Assembly: GCA_964247055.1 (NCBI GenBank)
Contig: OZ176059.1
Location: 3,038,001-3,102,000 of the forward strand
Reading direction: 5' to 3'
Origin: Paragordius varius
Taxonomy: Eukaryota > Animalia > Nematomorpha
Length of the DNA: 64,000 nucleotides
In this document: piece by piece, positions 1 through 12,649 of the stretch
How positions within the stretch are numbered: the stretch's first letter is position 1
How the letters are laid out: the number at the start of each line of letters is the position of its first letter
Program-made: the position numbers and the translations under genes
The notes under the pieces: generated by a model
What the model saw: the letters and a program-made list of their open reading frames with translations, nothing else
Databases searched by the model: none
What the model was told of the DNA's origin: nothing

Positions 1-504
1 AAAACTAATAGATCGGGGGTTTACCTAGCTAGGCCATGGTTTGTGAATATATATAAATTTGCATATTTTTTTCTTTAATTTTATTTTTAGGTATAGGAGA
101 GTGTGTGTGTATATATAACGACACACCACCTTTTATACCTAGAAAGTTTTAATGTTATAATATGTGTGTTTCCACGAATTTTGCCATATTTTTTAGTCTA
201 ATTATAAATATTATTATTTTGTAGATATGTATAAGCATCATTTGAGGTAAAAGTACACGCATTACGAATCTCTCAAAAATGCGTAAAAATGAATTGGTAA
301 TAAATAATTATTGTGAATCCACCTGATTAAAAGTAACTATGTTATACGTAAAACTTTAAAAATGCCTACCCGTTCCATTAAAAAAATATTTAAGGCCTTT
401 TTGAAAAATCATCCGGTTTCACGTCATCATACCAGTATAAAATTACTAATAGCGCATTTTTAAGTTTTTAGTAAAACAATGTGAATTTCAGGAAATCAAT
501 TATT

Positions 505-1415
505 TATTTTGTTTCAAAATATGGTCCGTCGCCTCTAAATATTTTGCTCATCTTTCAGTTAGCATATGAATGCCGTCCCAGTTATATCTGATTGTCATAT
601 GTGCTCAAGCCGTTTTCCTACGCCTTCTAAATTATTAAAGTGCATCAGTATGTGCCACATTGTTGCACAACTGAATTAGTCAGATGGTGCCAGTCAGGAG
701 AGTTCAGTGGAGGCAAAAAAGTTTATATCTAAGCAAATTTATGGTTTCTTTCACTGGTTTTGCTTTGTGAGACGAAGCATTGCAATGTAACGAATCAGTT
801 TGCCATATTTTATGGCTCATTCCACTTTTTGTTCGGGCATGGTTTTAATTAGTTATTTGTTAGGGATAGGTGATTTATTAACGATTTTACGGGACCAACA
901 AAGTCCATAGCGATTGGGTGCACTGGACACAAAGCATGGTTTTCTTGAGAAAGCGATTTGGTTCGTATAAATGGAATGGCTTAGCGACGTGAAAGTCACT
1001 ATTTTGCTGCTTTGGATTGACAAAATAATGCCATTCCCATCAACGATTCAAATTTAATGCAAAAATGATTTTTTCTCATGACGTTGAAGCAGGATTTCCT
1101 TAGTCACTCTGCGGTTTTTGGATTTGACGTTGATTTAAATTGTATCAAGCCCATTAACCGAGTCTATTTATCTTTCCCATTGCTTATAGACATTTGTTTC
1201 TTTTTTGTGATACGTGCATTTCTTCTACTAATTGCCCTTTGAGTTTCGATTTCATCATCCACATGAAATCATAAATTTTAAAATTCAAAACCATATTTTG
1301 TTGATAGATAAAGTATGTTCACCACATGTTTCTTCTAGCAAACGATAACTCTCAGCCTTTTTCTTTTTATAAAATGCGTGCCGCAAATGTTCTTTTTCAG
1401 GCATAAATTTTGACA
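505..1415 (-). mobile_element. Decayed mariner (Mos1/mauritiana-like) transposase remnant
   Basis: Minus-strand fragments SKFMPEKEHLRHA..AESYRLLEETCGEHTL, RHEKKSFLH, EWHYFVNPK, NRFLKKTMLCV, NASSHKAKPVKE, PPLNSPD and GIHMLTER..GDGPYFE follow mariner transposase motif order. Many stops and frameshifts; TIRs not identified; ends approximate. Confidence 0.8.
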
Positions 1416-4050
1416 ATATACTGTATGATAGAAGTAAGCCACTAGTTGGTAAACTCAAATTGTGGGTGTTTGTAATATAATATTAAATTTAGGGGTCTGT
1501 GTCAAATTAATCGGAAATACTTTTGGCGGACTTCTTAATATAAAAAAAATGGCTTCATTTTTTTTAACAACCTGTAACAATGTAATTGATTATAAAATTA
1601 AGTCGTCCCAACCAAAAAAAAAGTTATTTAATAAAAAATCATAGTTTAAATGTAGTCTTCTAAAAATTTAGTAATTGTTTCTAATATTAAATTTAACTCT
1701 AAAAATTATTATGCAAGGCTGATAGTGAAAATTATTAACCCTTTGTAGACAATAAAATTTGTTTTTGATGGGCCACAGTTGATTTTTGTTAGCAAATCAC
1801 CTTCTTTAAACTACAATCAGTATAGGGACAAAAAATAAAGTGCCATATATTTTAAAGTATGCACATTCATGCTGGACTATTCACATTACAGTTAGTCGAT
1901 TGGCAACACAATAGTGTATGGAAAAAGCAACAAAATGTTAAAATTAACCAGATTTTCTCATCGTTACTTTATTTATTTAACACAAAATTTGCCATATAAC
2001 AGACGCTACTATATCAGTGATTGGCCAACATTAATGTTAATGGATTATCGTAAATGTGGGTATATCATTTAAAAGATGATGACAAAAGCATGATTAATAC
2101 CAAAAATATAAAAACATTTCATTTTTCGCTAATATCCATCAAATTGCATTGTCAAAAATACTCTAACAATCTGGGTATTGATCAAGGAGCTTAATTCTAT
2201 TAAAATTTAATATTCTAAAAATGCTCTATTTCATAATTGGTGTTTTCTTAGCTATCACAATAATATTTAAAATGGTATATTTATATTTAAAAAAATGTTT
2301 GTTTTAAATATAAATGACCATTTTATAACTAAAAGATAAAATCAAGCCCTATGTAAGAGGATGTAAAACCAAAAGGCACTAAACAGTTGCTGGCAATTTT
2401 GCTATTAAAATTATTCAGCCAATTAATATTCTTATTATAACAAATTTTTAGATATTATAGTTACACTAATGGAAATACGGACAAAACGTAAAAACAAAAA
2501 GAAATATTTTTTAAAAAAAACACAACAATACTTTTTTAAGTCTTGTTTTTTACCACATACAAATTCACAGTTATATAATTGAGTGTATTAACAAACAACT
2601 TACCCAAAATAATGAGTTTATTTAAAAAATTAAGGATTCAAAATTATAATTGTAGCTTTAAAAAGATAGTTGTCTTTAAGATTTGTAAGTTATGGCTAGG
2701 GCACCGAAGCTGCATGGACGCGGAACCTGGTTTTGAGATTCCACCAGGAACGGTCCAGTTGGGTTGGAACTAACCCGGTTCTAGTTACACACCCTCAAGA
2801 TTACCCCGGTTCCGGTTTCAAAATCATAAACACCGGTTTTATTTTCGAATTCTTAGGAACTACCGGTTCCATCTCCAAAATATGTGGTTGCTGTATGTTT
2901 TATTTTATTGTCTAAAATAAAACTATTTGTTTGAAATAAATTATTAATTGGGTAGGTAACACTTTCTCTTTTCCATTATATTATAAAATGAAATCGTTAT
3001 TTTGAAATTTGTTTAATTATTTCTAAAAAATCGAACATATGATAACATTTTTTCTCGTATTCGAAATGGAAATACAATGTTGACAATTTTTTCTTATCTT
3101 ACCTTCTACACTTGTAGATAATAACTAACAGCCACAATTTATGTATATTGTTAAATATATTAAGCACATTTACCTTATTAACAAAAAACCATAGATTATA
3201 GCGACTTTAATACGCATAACGTAAATAAATGAGCCACACTATCTATCAGTGGTACTCAAATCGTTGTTTACGGGCTGCATGAACTTAAAACTATTTTTGG
3301 CCACAGATTTTTGAAAAATATACTCTATCAAGCAAGGTTGACTTAGCGGTACGTAAACAACTGACAAGATAGAAAACTTTTTTGAGCTAAATTTTCTATT
3401 CTTCGATCTGAGAAATAACCGTTAAATTTTATTCAGCCCAGTTCGGGTTGCATTTGCTTAAAAACCACCCCGGTTGGTTCCCAAATTTTATTAATCACCA
3501 TTCCATTTTTAAATTCTAAAGAAGCAGGGCGGTTAGGTTCCAACCGTCCAGGAATCGCCCTGGTCTCATTTCCACTTTTTCCGAAGCGGTTCGAAGCTCA
3601 GGTTTAATTTCTTTTTTACTTCAAATACATTACTGAGCTTATAATTAATTTAAATTTCGAATTAAGCATTTTTTGTAAGTTTATAAATTAGCTCAGGGCC
3701 ATTTACATTTTTATATCAAATAAATAATATAGAATTTATACTTTTAGTAATATAAGAAATATTCTTTAAAATATGTAATTATTTATATCTAATTTTATTT
3801 CGATGAGTTTTTTTAAAGATAATACCGATTAAAGTTTTAGCAGTGGTTCCCTGATTGAGGGCATTGTTTGAGAGGAAGTGATAAACATCTTTTTTGAATA
3901 AAACACAAAACTTTATGTATTAATATAACAATTAATAATAGGAAAACCCGGATTCGTAATGCTCAAAATATTATGATTAACTGTTTAACAAAACATATGG
4001 TGCAAAATCGGATTCATATTTTACGTGTGTTGCGAACTAATATATATATC

Positions 4051-4084
<34 letters not shown>

Positions 4085-4811
4085 TTATGATTTAAATTAT
4101 ACAAATATTTTTCTTAAAAGACAACCATACTATATAAACCGTAAATTTTCAATATTAACCATTACAATTAAATAATATATAATTGATTTGGCTACCAATA
4201 TGGACTCTATTTCATACTTTACGATATAAAACAATAAATTAAATCTAAAAAATAAAAGTATGGTTGTTTTTTGAAAAAAATAGGCCTATTCCAACAAAGC
4301 CGTAACAAAAAGTGAAATGTTTCATTAAAAAAGCTAATCAACCATGTACGTTTTCTTGTTTTACATTAAGCAGGATATGGTAAAACTAGAAGATATAAAA
4401 TTTGCTTACTCTATAAGATAAGCTAAAAAATACCATACGACACCATTAATTCGCGTTTTATTCATAAAACTAATATTAACTATGACTCTCAAAAGTTGTT
4501 TTACACATGATTGAGTATTTATACCCATAAAAACCCTTTTAAGGCTCAACATCCAAAACTGATTTGCTTCTCGTGTTAGATCACCAATGCGGTTATCCAC
4601 TAAACAAATATAAATTTGACTCTAATTATTTCTTGACCAATGAATATATAATGCCGTAAAATAATATTTGACTTTCAATACCCTCTAATTTGGAAATGAC
4701 TGCAACATTGACAGTCAATAACACGCTTTCAAAAATATATGAAAGCTATAATGCGAATGAACATCATAATTATATAAGTTCCGAGATGGGCGCTAATATA
4801 TCATATATATT

Positions 4812-5138
4812 TCATAATTCATCTTTATTATGTGTGAAATTAGTATGCATAAGTGATTTGTCAAAACCCCAAAAAGAGGTTTCCAACCATTTTTGCGTTA
4901 TCATGTTATAATTGTCATCTATATTGTTGGGTATGGTAAAATCTCGTTCCCTCTTAACAAAAGCCGTAAATGATGAAACGCAGTTGCCTATAAAGTGTCG
5001 ACCCCGAGCTAAAATATATAAATCAATCAATGGTTGTAATTGATATGTGTTAACTGTCGCATTTATACCATCCATTTTTTGCGGAATATTTAATTTGGAA
5101 ATTAAGTTTGATATGTTTTTCGTCGTGATTATTTGAAT
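4812..5138 (-). CDS. POFUT1: POFUT1 exon 8 (IQIITT...[17 protein letters not shown]...KDEL*)
   Basis: ttctag| acceptor in frame with ORF 4812-5075; ER-retention signal KDEL before the stop. Confidence 0.92.
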   Translation of the reverse strand: MQIITTKNISNLISKLNIPQKMDGINATVNTYQLQPLIDLYILARGRHFIGNCVSSFTAFVKRERDFTIPNNIDDNYNMITQKWLETSFWGFDKSLMHTNFTHNKDEL

Positions 5139-8100
5139 CTAGAATTTTGCATTAATTCAATATATAAAAAATTACATAATGTTAGAAAACAAACAGGTTG
5201 AGCCAATATTATCATACTAAAAATATATTAAGCGAACATCATATATTATCGTTTTTCGCGAACAAGTGTTGCAGTCATTGTCGAATAACAGTGTTTTAGA
5301 AACATGGGAAATAAGTAATATATAAACTTTGTGAAAAAGATATATTAACTACAATACTAATTCCAATATATTTGCCAATAATTGATATTTTGCCATAAGT
5401 AAGTGTATTGAAAAATACCTCGTTGCCCAAGGTCTTTTGAAGATCGCCAAATAAAAAATCATTATCCGATGCAACATAAAAAATCTTTACATCAAACTCC
5501 TTTATTCTTTTGGTTACCTAGTAAGTGTATGAATTAAAATTTAAATTATATATAAAAACTTAATTAATATTTTCTTAAAAGGCAGCTCTGTTTCTTAAAT
5601 TTAATTTTTTAGTAAATAAATTTGGGGTTAATTGGGAAATAGAGATGTAAATTGTGATTACATAATAAAAACTTTTTTAATTAGATTCATAGGGGAAAAA
5701 TCAAGGTTTGGAAAGGATGGATACTTTTTTTTATAAAAAGATCTGATTTTAAAATTGTATGTTTTGTGCGTATAATTCAATGCATATATGGTATGTAAGC
5801 CATTAGGATTAAGTATAATAAACTCATATAACCAAAACTAAAATAATCAAGATTATCTATATAAAAAGCAGTTTTATTTTCAAAAATTAAAGGTTAAATA
5901 TCTTTTAGTCATATGTTCTTTAATATACCATTTCAATAGCAACATTTCTTCGTGGAAACGGAACATTTTTTTGAGCAAAGACAACATTTTGCAAACGCAA
6001 TTTTTTTCAAATGTCTTTGCTAAAAAATGTTGCGTTTGCTTAAAATGTTGCATTTGCTTTAAAAAATTTGTGTTTATTTAGACTTAATCCTATAGCATAG
6101 AATATTCGGTACTTTTTTCCAGTTTTGATTAAATATTATACTAAGCCGTTTTAAAGTATTAAACAGTTGTCATAAACTGTTAAGACGTCCAACACCAAGA
6201 TAGAATAAATAATTATGAAAAAGTTTAGCAATCAGTAAAATGTGTTGTATAAATTGTAATCAGTTTAATCTTAAACAATAATAAACATAAAAAATCTCAA
6301 AACACATAAAAAGTTTAACACAATATATAAAATATTTATTATTAATGATTCTTTTAAGCAATTCTTTCGATTTATAATTATCAAAATAAACCGTTTGTAA
6401 AATAAGCGTCGTATTTGGAAAACACAAATCGTTAGTCAATAAGCCATATTCATTTTTTTCACCCAAACATTGGGGTGATGAAAATAATTGTTTCAATTGT
6501 CCAACATGTTTACATGTCTTGATCTAAAACAGATATTTTTAACGATAAGGTTTTAAAAGGCGTATTATTCATATATTAATCAATATAGTATGCACATTTT
6601 AAAATAGAGTAAAAGTAACAACTTAAAATTAACTATATTTATATAAAGGAGACAATTATTTTTATCCAATATGTTTTTATCAGATAATGTGAAAAGAGAA
6701 ATGGAATCAAATCTACCCCTAATTAAGAGTTTCAAAACGAATGATATCAATAAATCAAGGTAGCTCTGATTTGTTAAAAATTTGTTTTAAATTTTTGTGT
6801 TTTGTTACTAAAATTTTAATTTTTATAGCAAGTTAAAGACTATAAGTATGCAAGTATTTGGTGAAAAACATTGACACTTTTTGTAGCCTTAAGAAAACAA
6901 TCCTGATCTATATTATGTATCCCGCTAAAATCATTTACCCAATCTTGCCCATTACGTAAATGTATGCTGAGATAAGTGAAAGGTTTAAAATTTAAACGAT
7001 AATAGATTTGTTTGACAATATAGCGCATATTTTTGGACCAAACAAGGTGACGTTGAAGTGGTCTATCCCATGTTTTAACTGGAAAAGGTCCTGGGGAACT
7101 TACGAAAGCTAAAACAGGATATTGTGTTGGGGGAAACCGGGTGTCCCATTGCATTTTAATCTTCATAGCTTGCGAGCTTAATGTTAAATTTTTTATATAC
7201 AATATAGCTAGATTGAAAGTACTATTTTGTTTTATTGTAAAATTAATATGTAATGTTAATAACAAAATGTGGCAATTATTAAATCATAAGACACTTGCAT
7301 GAATGCAGTATTGAAAAAAAACTGGCCAATGTCAGATAAATCAATGAAACAAAACTTCTACACGCTAAATCTAAACCAAACAATACTAGGTTATTATTAA
7401 ATATGGAATAATTCAGCAAAAATAATATAAATTTATTATAATATTTCAATTACTACAAGTAATCTTTGTCAAACGTAAAAATAAAATAAAAATATAAATT
7501 AAAATTTAAATTATAAAGTAAAAATATTTAATGAGATATGAAACTAAAAAAACATGTGTGTATTGTTAATAAGAAAAAAATTTGTAATGTTATTAATATT
7601 ATTAAGATCCTTCTTTCTGTTCATTATATTTCCTTCTTTGTTAATATAAAAACTTTCCTTCAATATTCTTTTTGTTCTGTTTTCCTCTGTATCGACAACT
7701 TCGGCATCCCAGTTTATTTTATGTTTACATTTAAAGGCATGATATGATCATATAACATTAAAAGTATCAACCCCTATAACAAATACTTAATCTTGATCCC
7801 ATCTAAGTAATTAAATATCTTTGATTAGAATAGGCATGCATCTACCCTTAAAAAATGTATGATAAAGCAGAAATACCTACTAGAGATATTTGATGAACCA
7901 TATGCTAAATGGTTTAGTTTTATATCACTCTTTGTATTATAACTCCTTTTTATATAATTTATTTATCACAAAAATCAGGGTTTAGATTATATTTTTTTAT
8001 CCTCATATATATTTTAAAAAATCGATACCCATAATCATCACCTAGGACTAGACATTTTTGGAAAAATAGTAAAACCAAACATGCATACAATAAATATGTG

Positions 8101-9693
8101 AATAATTTTTACTGAAAATATATCTAGAATGGAAAACTTACACTGAGTTAAAAAATGGAGCCACAAAATATATTTTTTTAAAGGATACAGGATATTCATG
8201 GTACTTTTGGTTTTGGGGCTTAAGAGAAAAAGTAAGTATTGAATCTTTGAGGTAAATGCTCTCGTGAGTTCTCAAATTTATCGCACATTATATTTGATAA
8301 AATATTTCTAATAAAGCAATATGCTTTATTTCGAAAATCATCTATATATTATATCATATACTATCAAAACAGTAGATTTAAAAAAATTTAACTTTTAGAT
8401 GGCTCCAAGCTCCCAAATTTTTTAAATCCTGACAAGTTAGAAAGGCAAAAATCGAGACTTCGCAATAAAAAATTTTAATATATGCTTAGCAAAAAACATA
8501 TTTTTGAAAAAAATGCATACTTTGTTTAAAAACTAAATTTTTAGAGTTTTGTTGTTAAAGCGTTTTTCATACCATATTTAGCATGATTGAAACGCATAAG
8601 AAAGCTTTTAGATTTTGTATGATTCGATAATGCTGAATATTTTACCTTGTTTTATTATTATCTTAAAATAAATTGGTTTAAAATTCAACCGAATTAAAAG
8701 GCAAACAAACCTTAAAATTTCAATATAATACCCAGTTTCCTCAAAATTTTGCTATAAATTTTTGAGCAAAATATCCATTTTCGGAAAAACTTTTTTTAAT
8801 GTCAAAATTAGCATATGTTAGAATTTTCATCGCGCAATCTCGGCCTTTCGTCTTTATTTTAAAAACTTGCCCGTTTAAAACAGGCCTGAAAATTTGAGAC
8901 TTTCGTAGGCCACATCTAAAATTAAAAAATTTTAAAATTATTGGTTTTAAAATATATGATAGTTTTAGTCATATTTTTTTGTAATGAAGCAATTAGTTTT
9001 CCAAAAAATATATATTTAATCGGAATTTTTTGTTGACGTGTTATTTAAATTCAAAATTAACAAAATTAAATGAATTTAATAGATGTATTAATAATATATG
9101 GCATTTTCTAAGAATAATTTAATTATTTATATTTTTAAAACAATTACTTTTTATTAATGTCCGTGGCCGTATATATCGGCAAATCAGCATAGAATTGACT
9201 CTTAGTAAAATTCACATCATATTTATCCCAAAACTGACTAAATGGACTGCCGTATTTTGCGTTACAGTCGTCTTTTTTAAGATTAGGCAAAAAGTTTCGG
9301 GGACCATAACAAAATACTGTATAATAATAAAAACAAACTATCTCGGTTTTGCCAAAGGACATCAGATTGAGCAAAAAAGTCATTTGCACTAATTACGTCA
9401 ATCGAACCAAAGGCTTTTACGTCAAATACGTATTCAAAATCAATAAATACCTAATAATATTAAAAACTCACTGGTTTATGATTGTACGGACTGAAGTCGA
9501 TCCATGGCATTAAAACTAAAGTACGGTTTAACGCCATAGCTAACGATAAGGTCCCCAAAAATTGATCAACTTGATTGCCAAATCTTCCTATATAATATAT
9601 AAATAACAGATTACCCATACAAGGACAATAAATAACATATTGGGCTAGTAATTTTTGAAAATTTAAAATTAAAAAAAGGCGCCAGTAATTCAT
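4812..9693 (-). CDS. POFUT1: GDP-fucose protein O-fucosyltransferase 1, 8 exons: join(9693-9615,9587-9472,9450-9339,9316-9148,7176-6939,6523-6392,5517-5419,5138-4812), about 423 aa
   Basis: Spliced product has a signal-like N-terminus, [72 protein letters not shown] and [27 protein letters not shown], and ends KDEL. All introns are GT-AG and the phases add up (1272 nt). The exon 5 acceptor (7176) is the least certain boundary. Confidence 0.95.
5419..5517 (-). CDS. POFUT1: POFUT1 exon 7 ([33 protein letters not shown])
   Basis: 99-nt exon not in the ORF track; tag| acceptor, GAG|gtattt donor; YVASD matches the family VATD/VASD motif. Confidence 0.88.
6392..6523 (-). CDS. POFUT1: POFUT1 exon 6 ([21 protein letters not shown]...[12 protein letters not shown])
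   Basis: gttttag| acceptor, SPQCLG motif, |gtttat donor, phase 0. Confidence 0.88.
6939..7176 (-). CDS. POFUT1: POFUT1 exon 5 (..[16 protein letters not shown]...[10 protein letters not shown])
   Basis: Conserved PVLA..P..FPV and IHLR.G.DW motifs; donor TGG|gtaaat is clear; acceptor chosen as the nearest phase-compatible AG. Confidence 0.85.
7578..7747 (-). mobile_element. Penelope-like GIY-YIG endonuclease C-terminal fragment inside POFUT1 intron 4
   Basis: Translates [50 protein letters not shown], which aligns by eye with the copy at 11325-11845. Confidence 0.7.
8370..8940. mobile_element. Degenerate foldback/MITE-like element with long imperfect inverted repeats, in POFUT1 intron 4
   Basis: The left arm (ttttagatggc...cgagacttcgcaataaaaaatttt..atatgc) resembles the reverse complement of the right arm (gcatatg..catcgcgcaatctcgg...ccacatctaaaa). 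Ends approximate. Confidence 0.5.
9148..9316 (-). CDS. POFUT1: POFUT1 exon 4 (IFCYGPR...[20 protein letters not shown]...TDINK)
   Basis: Conserved C..K.G.PF..FWD motif; |gtaatt donor. Confidence 0.9.
9339..9450 (-). CDS. POFUT1: POFUT1 exon 3 ([37 protein letters not shown])
   Basis: Open frame between the 21-nt and 22-nt GT-AG introns; keeps the DF..W pattern of the family. Confidence 0.85.
9472..9587 (-). CDS. POFUT1: POFUT1 exon 2 ([38 protein letters not shown])
   Basis: atatag| acceptor and |gtgagt donor; conserved RFGNQ and LNRTL motifs. Confidence 0.9.
9615..9693 (-). CDS. POFUT1: POFUT1 exon 1 ([27 protein letters not shown])
   Basis: ATG at 9693; ends ATG G|gtaatc. Confidence 0.85.
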
Positions 9694-11324
9694 ATGACCT
9701 AATAATTATTACAACACAACCAAAATCGTTAACGTTTTATTACTTTTTTATTTTTTGTAAACGATTATGAATCCAAATTTTGAAGCTATAGAAATATTTA
9801 ATCGAATACTTATTGCGTTCTAAACCGTTTTAAGTATGCTGCTTTTAGCATAAAGTACTCGATGACATTCAATTCTAAAGAAGAGTTAATTTCTGAGAAA
9901 TTTTGACAAATCCAGCATATAAAAATGTTATCGCGATTTTGTATTTTATCCATTTAGATTGCCGGAAAAATTTGCTTTTTGCTTATTAACTCACATTTTC
10001 ATTTTTCTGCAGTCATTAACTATGTACCCCCTATCTTAAACTATTTTTTAAAAAATTGGTTAAAATTTAATTATCGCAATTCTCTATTAAATAGATTGTA
10101 CTTTTCAGTTTTCCAGCTTTTAAAATATTAGTTGGGATAACATGCAATTGAAATTAACAACTGATGAAAACAATATGCATCAAAATTATGATAAATCTAA
10201 TTGTATATCTTTAAAATTTATTTTTGTTTTACAATCGTATTATTACTAATATAACAGTCTAACACTTTGTTACCTTTAGGAGTGGTTTTATATCCCAGAG
10301 AGATTTAAAATTTGAACTAAAATGTATTATAGGTATTAGGCCGAACCGAATTTAAAAAATGTTTTTTTAGTCTTTCAGGCGCATTATAAAACAATTTTTT
10401 TAAATGTAATAAAAATTCTCATCTCAAACTTTTTCAACGCCATTTCAATTTGAGCAACAGATTCTGGAAGTAGATTATTAAAAAATGCAATAGCAAAAAG
10501 AGTATTTATATTTCCGATGCTGCCTTCTGTATATCAAAAGGTCTTTAATTAAATTTATTATCTATAGATTGAATAGTATAAATATATTTATCCAAATTAA
10601 GCTAATGGGAATTTCATATTTTTTGAATTTTGCTGGTTTTTTCAGTATTCGCATTTGTGAATTGCGGCGTTACTTGGTTATGAAACAGTGAGAAGCATAT
10701 GAGGAAAATGGAACAAAAAAAAAGAAAATATTCCAAAAAATACAAATTTTTTGAGGGACTTAAAAACATACATAGCCTTTATTATATACACCAACTCTTT
10801 GGTATGTTATATATAAGTCATAAACTTATATAATAATAACATATGGAGTTTTTACAAATAATTATGTTATAACGTATTTCGACAATGTCATAAAATTTAC
10901 GAATTTTTGTTTTTGCGGTATTAAATTTGTTGATACATTAAAATAATTTTATGTTTTTTTCTTAAAAATATAGGTTTTATATAATATATATGTTTTATCG
11001 TGTTTGCTCAACAACTTTAAAAAATATATACAAAAATCTATTTCTACTCAAAAATGAAAAAATGGAATATTTTCATTTTGGGGCGCATTTTCGCCCCTAA
11101 ACTTTTGGGGTCTCCTTTTGCAAGTGATTTCTTATTAATCTAGATAAAACTCATGTTCGTTTATTTATTTACCCCCCTTTTTTGCGCACAGTGTAAACTA
11201 AAAATTTTTTAAAAAACATACATTTTTCAAAATTTTATTTTTGAAAAGTTTTGTTATAGCCTACTGCATACTATTTCAAAGCATGATGGAAACGGTATAA
11301 CCTCTCAATAACATATATAAAATA

Positions 11325-11845
11325 TTAAACAACACCAGAAAGGTACAAGATGAAAAATCTGTAGTTTACAAAGTCAAATGTAATGATTGTGAGGATGTTT
11401 ATATTGGACAGAAAAAAGGGGTATAAATACTCGAATAAAAGAACACAAAGCGGCAGAAAGAAGAAACAAAGTAAATGTGTCGGCACTTGCATATCATGCA
11501 CACAAGTACAGACACAAAATTGATTGGGAAAACGTTGAGATCATAGATAACGAAAAAAATGACACTAGAAGAGTATTAAAAGAAAGTTACTACAGTAGCG
11601 TATGCAGTAAAAGATTGTTAGTCCAAAATAATCTTAATGAACACAAAACAGGGGGATATTATGGATATGTTTATGAATAGGACTGAATGATAATTAATAT
11701 ATGAGAATTGTCCCCCTGTTTTGTGTTCATTAAGATTATTTTGCACTAACAATCTTTTACTGCATACGCTACTGTATATAAATAAGGAAGATAAATTGAT
11801 TAACAGACAAAAAGAAATTAATCGTGTAAACCCAGTAACGGATTT
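11325..11845 (+). mobile_element. Penelope-like element 3' remnant (GIY-YIG endonuclease), frameshifted and interrupted by a MITE
   Basis: VVYKVKCNDCEDVYIGQ..TRIKEHK..SALAYHAHKYRHKIDWENVEIIDNEKNDTRRVLKESYY|INKEDKLINRQKEIN. Confidence 0.8.
11593..11774. mobile_element. 182-bp MITE with about 62-bp TIRs and TA target duplication
   Basis: TA|CAGTAGCGTATGCAG...ACAGGGG - spacer - CCCCTGT...CTGCATACGCTACTG|TA; the arms differ at one base. Confidence 0.9.
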
Positions 11846-12078
11846 CTTCATAAATAGATACACATCCTTATTTTTATTAAATATTTTATAATTTTATTTT
11901 GTATCTTTATTTTAAATTTAATTTTATCTTAATCCAAAGAAGTTAGATGAATCTAACGAAAATTCATTAATAAATTTATTATTAATTTGCTGATATTACA
12001 TTATATCATTCTAAAACGATATAATGCTATTAAGGCTCGTTATCTGTAATAAGATTTAATAATGGTGATTATTACTAA

Positions 12079-12649
12079 GGGTGGGGTAATAAAAAAATTT
12101 TTTTGACTTGACTTGCAAGTTTTTTAAGTCATGGTTGCTTTCATGTGATAAAAAAAATTTAACATTACACGACTTAAATCAAGCAAGAAAACTTGATTCG
12201 GAGGTGATAAAAAATCATATGATGAGGCAAAACTTAAAGCAAGTGTGGTGTAGGGCACACTTACTGGACTCCAAACATAAGTAGTGTGGTAAAATAATGG
12301 AAAGTGAAATGGTTTCATTAATCTAAAAATTATTACCAGGCTCAATATTTAGAATATAATAAATAAGATACGTGCCAGTGAGTTTAAAAAACTTCAATAA
12401 ATGCACATTGTATTAATTTTTTATCTTTTTGTGCCTTATTTCATAAATTTTGGCTGAAAATGATCAAATAAATTTCCATAAAATTCGAATTGGGTGGCAA
12501 AAAAATGTTACATTTATAAGTAAAAGACTTGACTTAAGTGTTATTTTTATCACCGATCTTCAAGTGTACACTTGCTAGCTTAAGTAATCTTGCTCAACTT
12601 GCCACGCTTGGCTTACAAGTCAAGTGCGTCTTTTTTTATCACCTCACCA
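12079..12649. mobile_element. Non-autonomous PIF/Harbinger (Tourist-like) element
   Basis: TAA|GGGTGGGGTAATAAAA ... TTTTATCACCTCACCA|TAA; both subterminal regions match those of the 12783-16719 element. Confidence 0.8.

Noticed and set aside
4406-4600. Minus-strand ORF DNRIGDLTREANQFW... preceded by an acceptor-like TTTGTTTAG
   Set aside because: No recognisable homology and no partner exons found; left unannotated, though a micro-intron-rich gene cannot be excluded.
5053-5067. Possible 15-nt in-frame intron GTATAAATGCGACAG in POFUT1 exon 8
   Set aside because: Not required for frame or for any conserved motif and less AT-rich than the supported introns; no evidence without cDNA.
9144-9389. 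ORF-track protein [28 protein letters not shown]...
   Set aside because: Its N-terminal part is the wrong frame of POFUT1 exon 3 plus the 22-nt intron; only the portion from 9316 is coding.
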